Shown in pieces: positions 61,987-64,000 of a DNA stretch of 64,000 nucleotides. Source of the DNA: Octopus sinensis (lineage: Eukaryota); the NCBI RefSeq assembly GCF_006345805.1, contig NC_043010.1:24614001-24678000 (forward strand). Reading direction: 5' to 3'. Numbering within the stretch: the stretch's first letter is position 1; each line of letters starts with the position of its first letter. The notes under the pieces were generated by a model. It saw only the letters and a program-made list of their open reading frames with translations, made no database searches and was not told the DNA's origin. Made by a program: the position numbers and the translations under genes.

Positions 61987-63008
61987 CAGAGGTTGGGCAC
62001 GATAACAGGAACACCTTGTTAAATGGAATTGTTATTATCTAATACAGAGTTGTTTCATTTTTTGCATCGGTTATAGCTTTAATACATCGAGAAATTGAGT
62101 CGTAGAAGTTCTGAACGGTTTTTAAGGGAATTCGGAGCCATTCTTCACGTGAAACCTCCTTTACCTCTTTCTGCACCATAAATATATGATCATATTGAGA
62201 TCCGGTGATTAGTGGATGGGGTGGGAGAACGATAAAAATCATCGACTTCAGTAACGATTTTGAATAATACTCGTCGTATGAATCGACACATTATCGTCCT
62301 GGAAGATTGCGCTATCATCAGGGAACTATGCTTCTACCTTGAGATGAACATGATCAGACAAAATACACAGATGATATTTGGCGTTAGCTCTGCTGTATAG
62401 AGCCAGGAGAATTCCGTGATATGGCTGCCCAAATTGTCACTGTATCACTTCCATGCTTCCCAGTTGAGGTCAGGAAATTAGGGTTGAAGGCTTCTATTCC
62501 CTGTCTCCCGAATTAAGAAAAATTGGGAATGATGATTCATTAGAGATGATATTATTCCACTGAGTCATTGACTGTTTCTGATACTCTAGACACTATTTTT
62601 TTTTTTCTGTTTCTTGCTGTTAATGTGGGAACAGGAGTTTTTTAGCAATTGCAGCCCTCCTGTATTGTCCAGCTTTAGGAAACTCTCGACACAAAGTTGG
62701 AAATGTGAGGGATTAACTCTACTTTCACTTTTGCTACTTTCACTTTTTTTCTTGTTTTGTTCTTTTTATTTGTAAGCAAAATACGTTTCAGTCTTCTGCA
62801 GCCCCTTTCAATGACCATCACCTTTCCGCTGAAAATTATCCTTGCAAGAGCTGGCTTTACCTTGGTTTTTGAATACCAACAAGATTTGAGAGAGTGTACT
62901 TCTTGAAACATTAAACAATTCAGCGGTTTTAGTGTCTGAAGTGACAGAAATGCGCGCTCCGACAATTTTCCAATGCATAAGTAGATAAATGAACGATGGT
63001 GTTTCCAC
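61987..63008 (-). mobile_element. Degenerate Tc1-like transposon
   Basis: One TIR ta|cagaggttgggc; IVGAR..KTAELFNVSR (HTH), IFQDDN, EEWLRIP..TVQNFYDSISR..AK. Confidence 0.8.
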
Positions 63009-63354
63009 GCGCCCGCGTGTGTGCATGTGTGTGTCTGTGTCTGCGTATGTGTGTGTGTGTATATGTGCGTGTGAACGCGCGCGCGTATTTATGCTTGTCC
63101 AAACTCACCCAACCGCATGAGAACGATAAAGTTCGACAAAAGAATCCGATAGATACGTACCAGACTTATAAAGAAAAGTCCTGATTTTCCATTCCTTCGA
63201 GTAAACATTTCAAGGCAGTGATTCAGGACAGCTGCATTGCGATGGCTGGAGTAGAGGAGCAAAACGAGTGTGTATACATGAGTGTGAGTATGTGTGTGGG
63301 GTGTAAGTATGTATATATATACATAGATACATATACACACACACACACACAGAT

Positions 63355-63505
63355 GTATGGTAAGAAGCTTGTTTCCCAACTACATGGTTCCGGGTTCAGT
63401 TACACTTCGTGACACCTTGGACAAGTGTTTTCTACTATAGCCTCAGGCCGACTAAAGCCTTGTGAGTGGATTTGGTAGACGGAAACTGTAAGAATCCTGT
63501 CGTAT
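63355..63505 (+). mobile_element. SINE family 2, 5' half
   Basis: ggtaagaagcttgtttcccaac..gacaccttggacaagtg..gtagacggaaactg. Confidence 0.85.
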
Positions 63506-63520
63506 ACATATATATATATA

Positions 63521-63910
63521 TAAAATTAAATAAGGGTAGAAATTGATATTAGTCAATTAAAACCAGTGGCCTAGCATATTTAAAAAAATCCGAAGATTAA
63601 AAATATTTTTTTACATACAAAATTTAAAGGACTGACCACTAAAAGTGGACAGTCTATATGCTAGATATAGACGTCAAAATCGCTATTTTTCTGAGATCAG
63701 AAATTTACTTTGCAGTTAATAAACTAGTGAAACTAATTAGTACATAGTAATCGTTTTTTATTTCGTATATTTTCATTTGTCTTTCATTTAGTTTTTTGCT
63801 GAGGTTTTTCTTGAGAACACATTCTTCGTGAAAAATAGCGATTTTGACGTCTATATCTAGCATATAGACTGTCCACTTTAAGTGGTCAGTCCTTTAAATT
63901 TTGTATGTAA
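63521..63910. mobile_element. Foldback element: 90-bp tail, 80-bp inverted arms (63611-63690 / 63831-63910), 3' half of a hammerhead in the spacer
   Basis: GAAAC-taatta-GTA-catagt at 63729-63748; inserted at the microsatellite of a SINE family 2 copy. Confidence 0.8.
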
Positions 63911-64000
63911 TATATATATATATATATATATATATGCGTATGTATATTTATGTATGTATGTATGTATGTATGTATGTATGTATGTATGTATGTATTAGTG

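Noticed and set aside
63805-63850. ttgagaa..gaaaaatagcgatttt parse as a second hammerhead
   Set aside because: Stem I is only 2 bp and there is no G10.1-C11.1 pair.

Overview
Eukaryotic, AT-rich, microsatellite-saturated genomic DNA. The SINE families and the repeat density point to a coleoid cephalopod, probably Octopus (inference). There is one credible host gene: an intronless-ORF class A (rhodopsin-like) GPCR at 48540-49796 (+), preceded by a strong splice acceptor. The rest is mostly transposon-derived. It includes a near full-length CR1-group LINE (8.3-12.6 kb, -), a near full-length R4/Dong-type REL-endonuclease LINE abutting (TAA)n (26.6-30.5 kb, -), a second CR1-like LINE (40.4-43.4 kb, +), a full-length Tc1 with IR/DR ends (37.5-39.1 kb), a Rep-deleted Helitron (55.1-58.3 kb), mariner/Tc1/maT remnants, MITEs and three tRNA-derived SINE families. 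The most striking unannotated signal is a recurrent architecture, (TA)n - arm - spacer - inverted arm - short tail - (TA)n, found in several unrelated sequence families. Most of these families contain type I hammerhead ribozyme motifs with palindromic stem III, including covariant U3-A8 and A3-U8 cores. One is attached to a Penelope-type GIY-YIG C-terminus. This suggests a diverse population of ribozyme-carrying, foldback, non-autonomous Penelope-like elements that target microsatellites. All ribozyme calls are by-eye secondary-structure parses and have not been computed or tested.
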